Assembly (NCBI GenBank): GCA_040437565.1
Contig: JBDOQK010000055.1
Location: 1-64,000 of the forward strand
Reading direction: 5' to 3'
Source of the DNA: Albugo candida
Taxonomy: Eukaryota
Length of the DNA: 64,000 bases
The position numbers were made by a program, and so were the translations under genes. The notes beneath the pieces were generated by a model. That model was not told the origin of the DNA, did not search any database, and was given only the letters and a program-made list of their open reading frames with translations. Positions 39,101 through 53,486 of this stretch are shown in pieces. How positions within the stretch are numbered: position 1 is the stretch's first letter; the number at the start of each line of letters is the position of its first letter.

Positions 39101-40689
39101 TAGGAGGATTTTGTGATGTTGAAATGTCGGCATCGTGTGACTTTGATGCCTTTGAATTAGGTGGTATAAAGGCTTGTGGTGGAAGAACACGGCACGGACT
39201 AACGGTAAATAAATGGAGGATTATAGTGTCGTCAAATCTGTGTTCGAAAGCAAAATCCGCACTCTCCAGTGAAGCTACAGGCAACAATAGTTTGTTGTGA
39301 AATTCATTCGAAAGGGAATATATATGAAATTCCCGCTACAATAATCGAGAAATGGGGTACGTCGTCGTAGAAGTATTTTCATTTGTATTCACGACAAGTA
39401 CGGCATGAAGACGAGCAAACTTGTAGCTAGTGTTTGGGCTTTTCAAAGATTTATTTATCTTCTTTTCATGCCCTGCATTCTTCGATATACTGTCTTTAGG
39501 AATTGTTCAGTGGTCAATGAATCTTTCGGACTGATGGAGAAGACGATGACGCTAAGAATTAGCCTCCGTAAATGCAAAACGCACTTCGGCCTTTTCTTTC
39601 TATCGGTTATAATGCGATTAGCTGATGGATGGAAGTATGATAGTACGAATCAAAGCACATCATACGTGAGGTACTTGTACGTGCATTTCCGGTTGCCGTA
39701 CGCATAGTAATGAGCTCGTAGTCAGGAAATAAGTTCTTGTTCTTTTATCTTAACAATAGGATTGACATCTTCCTGTATCCTACTCCATGTTATACTGCCT
39801 TAAGGAATAAAGAAATGATAGATAATCACTTTCCAAGCGCTTGGAGCACCCTAATGCTGAAAAGGATTTGGAAACCATAAAAACGAAAAGATTCATTCTC
39901 GCCCACTCTACTTATCGTGGAAGTTGATTGCCTCATCGTGGGTCCTTTTCGTTACCACTGTTCTAGTTCGCACAAACGCACTATAGAAAAGAAAAAGCAC
40001 TCGTAGACGCCAATCAGCATGTATATCTTATGTCAAAATCAATAAGCAATAGCTCGTCGAATAGGCAATCAGTACGCAATTGAATGTTCTTTAGAAACGA
40101 GTAGAAGAATTATCGCTTAAAAAAGTCACATATCCGCTCTTGTCGACAATATCTTCTGGTCCATAAATACCGAGGGTCATCAGTCCATACGGTAACTCAC
40201 TGCGTTATCAAAATACAAGATGAAACGAGAAAGGTTCAACAAAAACGAATCACCGCGACCAAATAAAAGCTAAGCCTGTAGTACTCTTTTTGTGTCTCCC
40301 TTGTCGCTATCAGATTTCATTGATACTTGACCGAAAATGAGCAGTTAGAGCTCTTCTGTTTCGATTCAGCTGCTATGACACTATTGCAGATAATTAGAAG
40401 GCTCTGCTTCCAATGCACCTAAAAAAATTACATGCTAAAGGATTGGTAAGCGGTGATGGAAGTGGGACTCATAAGCCAACCCAGCTGCCGACTCGAATTG
40501 TCGTTCCTTTGCCCTTCATACTGCGACATTCCTAATAGTCACGTCGTTTGTTTACGTTCAAGGAGACTGAATCAATTTAAGTAGGAACAATGCTTCCGTT
40601 CTATCACGTGTAGTCGTTTCTCCTTATAAAGTCAATCGCGCAGTTGTAGTTCGATTGGAAGCAGTATAAATGCCCTGTCGTGTCATGTT

Positions 40690-41460
40690 GAGCCGTGTTG
40701 AGCAACGAGATCGGGCTGCTGCGATTAAAATCTTATGCGCATCAAACAACGGTCTCGCTACCCTTTTTTAGTTTCCTATTGCGCACGATTTCACCATGCA
40801 GAAATAAGGTTCGCGCGTTGTGAAGAACGAGCTAAAGTGTACTTCTGAATTCTGATATAAACGTGCGTGCAATTAAAGCACTTACCTTGGAATGTCGACA
40901 CGATTTTTTATGTCGACTATCAGTAACTCTCCATCGAGAAGACAAAGAGCACAGTAATCACCTACTTGGCTCCCTTCGGTCGGCTCGTCGTGTGCAGAAA
41001 GCTTTTCTTCTTCACACATGATAGCAGATGTTGACGTATCCATTTCTGTTCACAAAGTTGGTCGTAATCTCTTTGCTGATGACTGGCTCCTTTCAGCAGG
41101 CATCCAAATACTGGGGTTTTAGATTTGAAAAAAATAGTTCTTTTAAAATGTCATCCAAGATGGTAAATACGTTGCAGAAATATCAGTGGGGTAGCCTTTA
41201 GTAAGATACAAAAAGATGCCGGGTCCATCTGGTATTTCATTATCCTCCCGTACAGAGATATTACATTTTGGAGGACTCGAGGGGACACACCAGTGCCTAT
41301 GCGCACTTCCGATAGAGAAGGCCTTAAAGCAAAGTTAGGGGCACAGTTAAAAAAAGGCCACCTACACAGGATAAACCATGATAGGTTAACGTTTGTGCAC
41401 ATATAAATAATCCTAATCCAGCTATCATGCAACGCTATTCTACATCTGAGACGGCTTCCA
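40690..41460 (-). pseudogene. Diverged paralogous relic of 34.6-35.3 kb
   Basis: Shared collinear blocks such as AAGAACGAGCTAA, ATTAAAGCA, TCCCTTCG, GTATCCATTTCTGT, CAGTGC.TATGC, CCAGCTATCAT. Confidence 0.55.
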
Positions 41461-42295
41461 GATATCTGTAGCGAGTCAACTAGCTGTTCGAGATATCCCG
41501 GCAAGCCCGTGAGCCTCTCACGAACCCGGCCCTCAACAACATAAAAGCGTCGGAACAACAACTCGGTAAAGAGTAGGACAGCGGCCTGTTTGTACTTACT
41601 CTAGATTTTGAGTGATGTAAATCTAGAATATTTGAAAGATCTTTGTAACCGAGACCGTTAATAATAGAGGTTTAGGAAGTAAGAGAACTGATTTTCGACT
41701 ACGGAAGTCACTACAATATCCCAGGCGAAAAAGTAATGGCTACTATCTAGCTTGGTGAGATGCATGAAAATTCAAAAAAGAATGTTCCTTGTACCGTCAG
41801 ATAGACGTAAATATCTAAAAGTATCAACCTCATGATTGAAGCACAAGTCGTATATCACCAGCGAATTAGCGCCATTTGGAGCCATCGTGAAATAACAGCT
41901 CAATCAAGTAATCACTCTTGATGCTTTCCCCAGATGTTCAGCATTCGACAACGTGGTCGTAATTTCAAGCAAAACAAAACACAATGAGCAGCATCTCGCT
42001 TCCGTCCTCTTTATATTTACTTTATGTCGAGTGGTTATTCAAGTGCTCGTTTTTTGACTTCTTCAGCATCCGTTTCAGTCATGCTTTTTAATATGGCTGC
42101 GGATGTTCGTTCTTCCATGGGAAGACACACTCAATAACGCCGTAACAAAAAAAAACTCGAAAATGGAATTTATATTTTCCGCGGCAGAGTAGCCCTTTTT
42201 CATCGGTATAAAGGCCAAACTACGGTCATGATTGCAGCTAGGTCAATGCAGTAAAGCGAAATGATTTCATTTACGCACTTGAGCAAAAACCATCT

Positions 42296-42954
42296 TGGAA
42301 GTTGCTGATGATTTTATTTCAAGCGAGATGATGTGTGATATTCGCATGTCATTATCAGTGTAGTGTTGGGCATAAAGCTCCTAATGGGCGTCATATACTT
42401 AACAACGAACACATTTGCTTCACGTTGGCAATATCCTTACTGCATCTTTTCTGCCTCGATGAAAGAAGAGCGATGCAAGGATCAAGTAGCGTCGGACACG
42501 TATCTCGTGAAGGAAATGGAAGACTTGGATCATAAGAAGCTTTTTGACGAAGAGCAGAGTTTCTTTAGACTGGCANNNNNNNNNNNNNNNNNNNNNNNNN
42601 NNNNNNNNNNNNNNNNNNNNNNNNNNNNNNNNNNNNNNNNNNNNNNNNNNNNNNNNNNNNNNNNNNNNNNNNNNNTGGAAGTTGCTGATGATTTTATTCC
42701 AAGCGAGATGATGTGTGATATTCGCATGTCATTATCAGTGTAGTGTTGGGCATAAAGCTCCTAATGGGCGTCATATACTTAACAACGAACAAATTTGCTT
42801 CACGTTGGCAATATCCTTACTGCATCTTTCTGCCTAGATGAAAGAAGAGCGATGCAAGGATCAAGTAGCGTCGGAAACGTATCTCGTGAAGGAAATGGAA
42901 GACTTGGATCATAAAAGGCTTTTTGACGAAGAGCAGAGTTTCTTTAGACTGGCA
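42296..42954 (+). repeat. ~280-bp direct duplication flanking an N gap (42296-42575 / 42676-42954)
   Basis: The copies differ at a handful of positions including a 1-bp indel. Confidence 0.9.
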
Positions 42955-43578
42955 ACTTCGTACCACAAGATCGTGACACAGGATCAAGTTGAAGCCAAGT
43001 CGATTGTCGTCCAGCGTATGGCTTGTATGGCATCTAATTGATCATCTTCTCAGAACGTTCTTCTCAAGTGATTCGACACAATTGCATAGTCATGCAAGTC
43101 CGATACAATGTCGTGATATAGAATTCAGGTTGAACGATCTCACATTTGGCGATTCTCAATCAGGTGACTTAAATCTAATCGTGCCTTGTCGTTCTTGAGT
43201 CAGTAAAACTCTCTGGAAATAGGCTTACGGTTGCCTATGCGTTTGAAAAAAAAATCTAATTGAGAAGTCTTGATATTTTTCTCTCTCTGCGAATTGGTAT
43301 GCGACACACACAGTACAAGACCTCTAGAAGACAGCAAGAAGTATTTATACTATGCTGCAAAGCTCGTTGATGTTCAATGTCTTAGTTGGGAAGCTACAGA
43401 TACATGGAATATGCGCAGAAATTTTGTTCTTCGACATGCGAAGCTGCAATTGCATTTGTCTCAAGGTGGATACACTGGTGGCCATCTGTTGAGAAATGCA
43501 TTCGAAAGTCTTATTCGGGCAGCACAACAAAGTACGATGTCCGGAAAAGCTCCAATGCACTGCAGCATGCTAATGTAG
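42740..43578 (+). pseudogene. Degenerate unknown protein-coding relic
   Basis: Consecutive protein-like ORF pieces (MKEERCKDQV..., ELVCDTHS...LLRNAFESLIRAAQ) broken by stops. Confidence 0.35.
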
Positions 43579-46500
43579 TATTTTATAGACTGAGTTGTCT
43601 AAAAGTGAGGCTCTTTTAAACTCTACATGAAGCAAAAGTGTTTGACAATTGGTTTCGCTTTTCGTCACACTTGTGAACGTATCGACTTCTGAGACGGTAA
43701 ATGATCAAACGAATTAAAAAGTCTGCTTGGTCAATAAGCAATGAAACTTCGTTAGAACGTCATACATGTAATCAGAATCGATGCCAAACACACGTGCTAC
43801 TTGTGCCAACGCTCATTCGTCGGAGAAGCGAGATGCAATCAATTTATAACGCTTCTCTCTCTTTGTAATGGTACACTTCTCCTTGAGTGTTTTACTCTAC
43901 ATATATTCCAAGCGATAGCAAATCGCAAAGACTTGTTATAAGACGTTATCCTTAGCAATACAGGCGCTCGATATCGCTTCAGAGGCCATCAACAGGTTCG
44001 CCTCTGTGGTTTTGAACAATTTTGTACGTCTTCAATCAGTAAAGTAAGAGCAGCTTTTTTATTTTCCAAGGTGTAGGAAGATTGCTACTTTTTGTGCGAT
44101 CCCCAACCTCCCACCATAAAGATGCGGGCATTTGATAGCTATAGCTGCATTCCGTACGCACTTGAAATTGATGAATTTAAATATAGCGAACTCAATAAGC
44201 TAACATTAGTACCCATCCAGTTCATCAAATTATACATTTTGTAGCGATCAATAGTGTATTTGGTAGGTTATTTAGAGAACACGATGTCGATGTTTACGTA
44301 TTTGCATGCAGCGTTGTGTCTCTTTCCGACGCAACTTTGCCACAGCTTGTTGAGTACTATCGATCTGTAAGGGTTCCAATAAGGGTCAGAAGCGTGCAAG
44401 TCATGGGCAGCGAAAGCTGTCCTGCCTCGTATCTCAGCAGCAACAGCAACGGGTGAAAGAAACTAAATGGATGCGCAGGTATGGTGATTTATCGCTTGCT
44501 TTCCAAGTAGTTATAATTCGTTGAAAAATGCTGAAAAGCTGAAGGTTAAGGAATGTCGAGATGTCATATAATCGTGAGAATTTATCTGCATCATACATGC
44601 GCGAATTAAGCCTAGCTCCTCATATCTCGTCTCTGGGCACGACAGAATAGAACCATGCAAATACTTAATTGACGTGCAGCGACGATAGGCCCTAAATGAT
44701 GAATAGTCCTTTCACTCAAACCATTCGCACAAGTGTTGAAGGAATAGTAACACTTACAGCTCTATTTGTGGATAGAAATGTATATCACTTTGTCTTTAGA
44801 AAGCATCTTTGGACTAAGATAGATGCACCTTCGTGAAAGCATACAAAAGTGCATTTGAAGATTGAACCAAAACCTTCAGTCAAGGTCTGTCGCTGAGAGA
44901 ACGAAACCTTGAGAGAGTATCATTGATAGTTACTATGAGTGGTGAAGTGTGTCAGACAATGACGGGCAGCCTCCATATATACTTAGAAATATCAAATCTG
45001 ATAATGACAGCTTTGATTCTATTTAGTAGAAAATATTTGGAAAAATAGCGCTGGCAAAAGATACCCCAGCAACGTATGATGCTACTTTTTCTATTTCTCA
45101 CTGCATTTGGAAATGACAGATATACACTTTCGAAATATGAGGGTTGATAAGAGGAGAATATAGTTTGCAGCAGCGTTTTTGTTGTTTGATGTAAGCACTT
45201 ATTTCTTCCTCCTTTTGAAATGAGAAATAAGAGGGAAGGAACGACTTGGGTCGAGAGGGTCTATGCTGATACATCAAAGTGCGGGCGCTGTCCACAAAAT
45301 GATCCAAGCGTTCAAGTGGACGTCCCCATTTTCATTCGGAGATGGGCCGATGTTTGTTGAGATGGTCGATATTGAGTCGCATGGCGTTTCTTTTCAGCCT
45401 TGAAGTGTCGAAAGTTCATTTTTTTCTTGGGGACTTGCGATGTGGTACCGGAGCATGATAACGTTGTTGCGCTGATAGAGATGAATGTGAATAGTAGTGT
45501 GACGAATCACTTTGCTATGAAGCGTCGGAGGTGCTGATGAGCCTTGTGAATTTGTAAAATTAACAGATAATGCGTATAATGCCGGCTCGAATGCTTCAGT
45601 ATAGTATATGCATTCACGACTACCAGTCTCTGCAGCTTCTTGTGCTCTTTATCTGGCGAGTACCGATTGATGCAAATACAATCGACAACGTTCTCATCCC
45701 TGATCCATACTTACTCTTACTGTGTAATGCAGAAATGATGGGACACTTTCCAATGAGTGCGTTGCTACAATTTTCAGACCGAAGTTGGTGGTTGCCCACC
45801 ATACATTTACCACGTGATAATTCCGTTCTATATGAAAATTGCTATGAATTCTATGATTACTAAAAATTATACGTTAGCTGAAAGTATGCCGATATCGTCT
45901 CCAGTTGTTTGCTGCGTTAACCTTATGTATTGTATAAAGCGATATAATTCATGAGCCCTGTGATGTTCGGTAGAATGTAAACCTAATGTTGCACACGCAA
46001 TTCTAATTTCCAAATAAGTCATAAGTTATGTGTCTGAGGTTGCGCATATGACGGCACTGTCAACACTATTCTTGTTAAGAACTCATGAGAGGCTAGATTT
46101 TCACTTCGTATGGAGATTGGAGTAGCTTTTTCAGAATTGGAATGGTCGAAGTATTCTCTCGGTGTATATATCATCTCTTAGAATGGGTACACGAGGCTTG
46201 GTCAGGATTATTGCGGTTGTAAGATTATGATTACTGATCGTAAGATGGGTTCTTATCGTGATTCAAAGTGAAAGGAATTTGTCTGTAGAGGCTGAAGTAC
46301 ATTCCAGCAACAATATTTGAACAACATCAGCGGTATATGAGTTGGAAGCGAACAGATCATTGGCTCCAAGGAACACGTGGGAGTGGACGGATTGATTATC
46401 GCTATTCGGATGACATCACCCTGCACAGTAGTGTGGTGCATATTGAATGAGGATGGTGTGGATGATATCAAAAATTGCAGTGCGTAGCAGAATAGGGTCC

Positions 46501-47229
46501 GTTAAAATCCTCTCAGTTTGATAGGATTAGCTAATTTTATGCTTGCATAATGCTAACGCACACCTAGGTAATGCTAACATTATAGTACTGCCCGCTATCT
46601 ATCGACGTCAACTATTTTGCGCTCAATTCGCAATCATTCAGTCGAGTTTGCGTTTGCCTTTGTTCGTTCGCGATCATTCTTCTTAGACTATTACATAGCT
46701 CACGGTTTGTTCATCACACAAAATAAACTCTTTTATTAACTGAGTCCTAATATTTCACTGTTTACAGGTCATTCATGACACACAAAAATTATATTCAATA
46801 AACTTGGTCTTGTGGGTCCTGTTGTTGCACTTTCACATCTTCGTACGTTGCGTACTACCCTCCTGCAACGGCCACATCTACTTTGCATGGGTGCATCCAA
46901 GGCTGCTACAACGAGATCAAATTCCGGTGAATTTCTTCGTCGATGATGCAGATGGTTGATTCCTTCGGGTCCATCGAGATGGCGTCCCACGCACTTCCAC
47001 AGATACTGGTTCAAGGACAGCAGTTGAAGCAGCTGAAGCGCCTGAAACTTACCCAATCATATGACACTGTGGGGATTTTCACGGTTCCCTTTATCTAATT
47101 GAGTATAAGCCGTGAACATGAAGAACTGATTTGCGACAAATTGAGAAGGTTGCTTTGTGTTATATGCTGCCGCATATGCTCTCTCTTCGAATCCTCGAAC
47201 GCTGAATGCTTGTCAATTTTGCTGCCCGT

Positions 47230-48100
47230 TAGTATATGATAACATCAGTTATGCTCGGAATTACCAAAAGGTTTGGCACCGCTCGGAGCGCACTTGGCCT
47301 GACAACAAAATCAGATTCTGATACTGGCGCTTATAGGATGTGCACAGCTATTTTGAACCAATTGAATGACACTTCCAACGATGTTCAATCCGTGGCAGTC
47401 AAATGGTGAGCAACTCGGCATACATATCTGCAATTAATTGTAACAATTCTGTCTAGTTTGGGTATTATGGTCACGAAAGTGAGTGATCGTCAAGCTGCTG
47501 ACATTGCTGCGAAATTGTGCAATCTGATCCTTCATGGCCAATCCGAACTTCATCGACATTTGCACAATCGGAATAAGAACGATTTTGGCCGAGTTTCGAT
47601 ATTTCTGCGGGTAATTTGGTGTCCAAATCGATCTCAGCTCAATTTTTGCAAAGTTTATCGCGCTCCGATTTGGATACACGCATCAAAGCGGATGTTCTGG
47701 ATAGCCTTACGGATGCATTGCGTCGATTTGGGAATTGTATCGGCAGTGATCATGAAACGTATCAGAACTTGTTTCTAACACATCGGAAGGACCCGTCTTA
47801 TCTGATACGAAAACGCACAATTCAATTCGTTGGGTCTCTTGATGAGGTTCAGATCAATTGCGAGCGCACCTAATTGATGGATTGGGGGAGTGAATTCATG
47901 GTGCGAATGCGGAGATGCAGACATTTGTACAAACAATAGGGACTCTATCACGGACTTGTGGACATCGACTAGATGCTCATTTACAGAAAATTGTCCCACT
48001 TTTGATTCAATTCTGTGGTCGCGTTGACGATACGACTATGCAGAATGGATTTTTTGATGAGCTTCGTGAGAATTGTATCCAAGCTTTTGAATCGGTACTC
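47230..48100 (+). pseudogene. CAND1: CAND1 N-terminal pseudogene fragment retaining an intron
   Basis: AILNQLNDTSNDVQSVAVKC, intron 47406-47456, LGIMVTKV..., DVLDSLTDALRRFG...IRKRTIQ, QTIGTLSRTCGHRL..HL.KIVPLLIQFC...DELRENCIQAFES; frameshifts and deletions. Confidence 0.82.
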
Positions 48101-49714
48101 TCCTTTTCCAATAAACAGTACAGTTCCATCGCGTCATGGGCAAATACGAACGATAACAATGACAAATTGACAGGAAGACATACTGTTGAAGTTAGACGGG
48201 ATCACTCCGAATCACGAGTCGAGTTCTCTTGCGATCTATCCCGAAGACATCTGTGTCACTAATCAAACCAGTGCGAGAAGTGTCCACCCTGAATGGCGTC
48301 AATACCGATATCTCCGTGACACAATCTAAGATATCTGCAGTTTTTGGAATGGTTTATAGCTATTCAAAACACGCCTGGTCACTCACTTGAAGAAAAATCA
48401 TTATATCATCGCGTATGGACGGGTAAAGCACACGGGGATAACAATGTAGTCGCCGTCACGCGGTACGGTATTTGATGATAACGCAACGTGTGACGATAAG
48501 TAGCACGCAACAAAATGTTGGTGAGAAACGGGAAGGTGTTATGGATTGTCTGAATGCGTATAAAGTGTGGAAACAGTACGAGGACACATCTGATAAATGG
48601 ACGTCTGAGTGCCAATGTCGTCCAATGCCAACGGAAGCTCGATACTTCATTGCTTGTTAGAGAATCCCAGATTGCGTGCATCACGCTATCTTGAAGTTGA
48701 GATTGATATAAACGATAAAAAGTATGTCTTCTACAGACAACCACACTATCGATGTTGTATGCAGAAGAAAATAGAAATCCATCCGTATGACTTGGATGCG
48801 CTTGTGTTTTACCCTATCTTGGACGAGAGATTAGAGGCTGCTTGTTGTGGTCTTTATTATTTATTGGTGTATCATTCATGGTTTTCATTGTGCTTGAATC
48901 GCTCAGTCGGTTACCATATCACATATTGTGTGCTGAACCGCTTCTTTCTCACTGTCAAAGCACAACTTCGCGAGTTTGCGACACGAACGTGACCTCTTTG
49001 TAGATCTAATACATGCTCATTGGATCAATCGCTCCTGGAGACAACATTGCCTCGCAATCAGGTCATGCCCCAACGATAATTTCATGCTTTCGAGTCCGCC
49101 TTCTCGACCGTAGCAATGTGTTGTGACTAGTGCATTACAGCAGCGAGGCAATCGATACCGTGCATTATTCTGCAGCGGTTTGCATGATAAATTTTCTTCT
49201 AGATCGTAAAAAACTCAGGCGTCTTCTCTTCGCTCACCACATGTAGCGACCGCTGGCCTCAGTGTAGAGAATGTTGAAGTGTCAATTAAGCCACACGTAC
49301 ATTTTGTACATACAAGCAACACACTTGGGCGGTCTGATTTGATTGTGTTCAGCGACTGGAAATGTCGAATTTGCTGAACGCGACTATAAGTAAACGTTTA
49401 TCTGATAAAATTTGGATCATTCGGCGAAGAAAAAACGCTTCGGAGGCCAGGCGACTTCTGCTATCTTTTGGAACCATTCATAGATTTACACTCGTACGGC
49501 GTTTTGTAAGCTGCTTATAATGGTGACGGTCAGAGTAGGAAGATGAAAGAGAATACATCAGTGCATCGGAAGGACATCTGGTCACGAGAAGCTTCCATTT
49601 CATCTTACTTCGAGCAGAGAAATCGATAATGACAACAAAGAACATAATAGTGCTATGCGAACATTCCTCAGCACATGCCTCACACCATAACGCCTTATAT
49701 GCAAGAGCTCCACG

Positions 49715-51244
49715 CTTGCGTATTTCATATGGATGAGAGCGGAGATTTAAGGCGCGTAAAGCATGCCCACCTTTTGCGCAGTGGATGATCTTTTGTAATC
49801 AAGTGCAGTCTTATGTCACTATCTCATCTCTTATAATAATTCGCGAATTGCCCATGCCTTCATTTTCCTGAGCCTCCAAGATTCGCTGGGTAGACAAAAC
49901 TGTCACAGATTTTTGACTAAACATCAAAGCAACCCATCGAAAAGTTATCTGTCGCCGTTTCTGTTTGCGAAATTACAGGCTGAGTATCTGAAAGTAAGCA
50001 CAGATTTTTGGTCGTTCTTTCAGAGTATGCACTGAGTTTGTCCTTCCACATGTATAATTGTATCGCACTTATTGTGAACCATTGGAAGCTCTTTGTGAGG
50101 TGTGCAATCATTTTGACTAGTAAAAGAGAAGGCGAAGCTGATAAAAGAGTGTATACTCCACAGTTCTATCAAGACAGTCCGGCTTGAATAAAGTGGTCGA
50201 CAATTCATTGTACCATGCATTAGCGTTAATTACAACTAAGAATGACTACACTCATGTAGCACTCGTGTATGGATGAAAAGGTCTCGTAGTGTTTGTCTGC
50301 GTCAATCGGTGCAAGTGTGCATGTATCGACGTGCGAGACGCTGGGTATTCGAAAACCAGAGTTCGAAATGAGATTTTTCTTACATTATTCTTGGCGATTC
50401 AGCAATGGGGAATCATTTATACACGACATNNNNNNNNNNNNNNNNNNNNNNNNNNNNNNNNNNNNNNNNNNNNNNNNNNNNNNNNNNNNNNNNNNNNNNN
50501 NNNNNNNNNNNNNNNNNNNNNNNNNNNNNCTTGCGTATTTCATATGGATGAGAGCGGAGATTTAAGGCGCGTAAAGCATGCCCACCTTTTGCGCAGTGGA
50601 TGATCTTTTGTAATCAAGTGCAGTCTTATGTCACTATCTCATCTCTTATAATAATTCGCGAATTGCCCATGCCTTCATTTTCCTGAGCCTCCAAGATTCG
50701 CTGGGTAGACAAAACTGTCACAGATTTTTGACTAAACATCAAAGCAACCCATCGAAAAGTTATCTGTCGCCGTTTCTGTTTGCGAAATTACAGGCTGAGT
50801 ATCTGAAAGTAAGCACAGATTTTTGGTCGTTCTTTCAGAGTATGCACTGAGTTTGTCCTTCCACATGTATAATTGTATCGCACTTATTGTGAACCATTGG
50901 AAGCTCTTTGTGAGGTGTGCAATCATTTTGACTAGTAAAAGAGAAGGCGAAGCTGATAAAAGAGTGTATACTCCACAGTTCTATCAAGACAGTCCGGCTT
51001 GAATAAAGTGGTCGACAATTCATTGTACCATGCATTAGCGTTAATTACAACTAAGAATGACTACACTCATGTAGCACTCGTGTATGGATGAAAAGGTCTC
51101 GTAGTGTTTGTCTGCGTCAATCGGTGCAAGTGTGCATGTATCGACGTGCGAGACGCTGGGTATTCGAAAACCAGAGTTCGAAATGAGATTTTTCTTACAT
51201 TATTCTTGGCGATTCAGCAATGGGGAATCATTTATACACGACAT
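49715..51244 (+). repeat. 715-bp apparently identical duplication flanking an N gap (49715-50429 / 50530-51244), probable unmerged contig overlap
   Basis: Identical ORF translations in both copies; both junctions abut the gap. Confidence 0.9.
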
Positions 51245-52529
51245 GTTCATCCAGAAATGATGCCAAAGACGTGCTACTTCATATTGATCTAAGCTCTATG
51301 TAAACATCAGTCACAAAAGGGTGCTTTTGTATTAACCTTCAAATGTAAAAGAAGTCAGAAGCTATCAACAAAAGAAGAGTTTCTTTGTCTACTCAACCAC
51401 TCTTCCTTCAAAGCGTTATGCTTTGTATTACTCATCCCAGCATCCGCATGTCTCAAAGAACATTATCATCATCAAAATAGGTTTGCGACAGCGCTTCGTA
51501 GATCCATCGACGTTTCATTTCTCGTCTCTTGACTCAATCAATTAGTGAATCGAGTACCCATATGTGACATTGAAGAAGCCACTTTTTGTTTGTTGAAAAG
51601 TTGTACGTAAGTTGCGCTTTTTTCAATCTGCAACGTCTTAAACATCTCACGAAAAGGACACCGGCTTAGAATAGCTTCAGCTGCCATCAGTGCGCACATG
51701 ACATTATCGAGGATCGAATCAGCGAATTGTATGGGCCCATGTTGACACTGATCAAGTTACATCTCACTATCAGGCTAAATCTCACCAACGCCAAGCTGAT
51801 CTCAGTAGCGTCATCTTTGGATAATGAAGCACCCATGATCCATTCATTCTTTCTTATTAGGTTTGATTGCCAGAAGAGAGGTTATTCGGTACGTTTACTT
51901 CGTGACACCATGCTCAAGCTATTGTATGTTCATGTACTAATATTTCTTTATCTAATGCAATTGTGGCTTTTGGTGCGATCTGATTTGGCCTTCCAAGTAT
52001 AAATTTCAATGCGTTCTCAGTGATTCATTTACTGCGTCATACATAGGGGGCGAGAAGCACATACATTGAAGGTACTGATTATGTCACCGAAATTTTCCAT
52101 CGCTCCCTCTTGGAAGCCGAACTCTCATAATTTTGTGAATAAGTACATGGATCATACTTGAGCGATCAAAGCCGTGCTTTCGATATCCTTGTTGATGAAA
52201 ACTAGTAATGGATTTTTGGATATATAGATCATTGACGAGCAGTAATGGTGGGATCTTGGAGAATGATGAATGTTGCCCACCCGTTTGACCATTCACGAAG
52301 TAGTGAACGAATAATGTATAGAAACAGAAAAAGGTATGAGCTGTGCCGAATTTGGCAAGAAAATGGACAGCTGTCAGCGTGACGGTGGTGTTAATGAAAT
52401 GATGCTGCATTTTTAGCTGCAAGCCAGTGTTTGAGGGAGGGCTTGCTAAAACATGGAATGCTGTGGAGCGTCTTTTACGTGTAGAGAAGTCTGAAACTGG
52501 CAGTACAAAACTAGATTATATGTACAAGG

Positions 52530-52964
52530 TCAATTAGTGAAGACCTATTAGAGGCATATGGATATGATATATAACACTACTTGTCCAAATATGTCGTTGA
52601 TGAAAAGATGTTGAAATTTGCTAGCATCGTAGTTAGCGTTTCTTAAACGTACAACGACACTAGCAAGATTTGGGAAGCCAGTCCCTAAGTACATGTTGAT
52701 CATGGTGGTATGCGCTTCGTTGCTGCCTTGATGAGTTGTCTTGAAGCATATGACAAATTTTGTAATTAACGCGTCACAATTTTTGCTGTTGGGACCCTTT
52801 AGACATTTTTCGAAGGCATATATATCCTGAACGAATCCAGGTGGACATGCTTTTTTGTAGTCGGCCTTGAAAGGATCACACGTTACATGAGGCGCGTTAG
52901 GGTCTTCTATTGCTGTTACAGAAGCGAAAATGGACAGGAGTACAGTGAACAGTAACGCAATCAT
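52530..52964 (-). CDS. Small secreted cysteine-containing protein, candidate effector
   Basis: MIALLFTVLLSIFASVTA signal peptide; five Cys in the N-terminal mature part; ends at 52548 unspliced or at 52530 via a possible 36-nt intron 52545-52580. Confidence 0.75.
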
Positions 52965-53486
52965 GATTTGAGATGTTTGTGAGGATTCCGGAATTGAAGA
53001 CTAAACAGATAGTAGGCAGAATGATGAATTCGAGTACTCCATGTTTGAGAAGACGTGCAGAAATTCATGTTACAACGCACGCACTTCCTACAGGAGGGCA
53101 TCAAAAGATTGCTTACGCGGTAAGTCAGCGTTGGTAATGTCGTTACAAACGGTATAGATTTCGGTAGAGGATACTGCATAATATACTGAGATTAGCTAAT
53201 AGTGAATTAAGGACCTGTCTACATAAATATACACTTTTCAGTTTACCTCCAATAGTCCAGCGTAGGGTATGATTTCTGTCAATCACCCTCTGCGTCCACC
53301 AAACCCCTCGGACTTTCTTGTGCTCAATATATCTCGCATGGATAAAATCGTGATCCACGCAAAGAAACCGCTTGAAAAATCAGTCACTTTTGATATATTT
53401 TGAACTATCCATTCCGTTTTTAGTTGTGCGCACTTCTGTAAGCTGCTGAAGTACATGGTGTATTCCGTCAGTAAGAAAGTTCGTAT

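Noticed and set aside
46769..48992. ORFs at 46.8-47.1 kb and 48.4-49.0 kb
   Set aside because: Short, non-ATG or interrupted, with no identifiable homology
49715..51244. Biological tandem duplication with duplicated ORFs
   Set aside because: Apparently identical copies abut a 100-N gap, typical of an unmerged contig overlap
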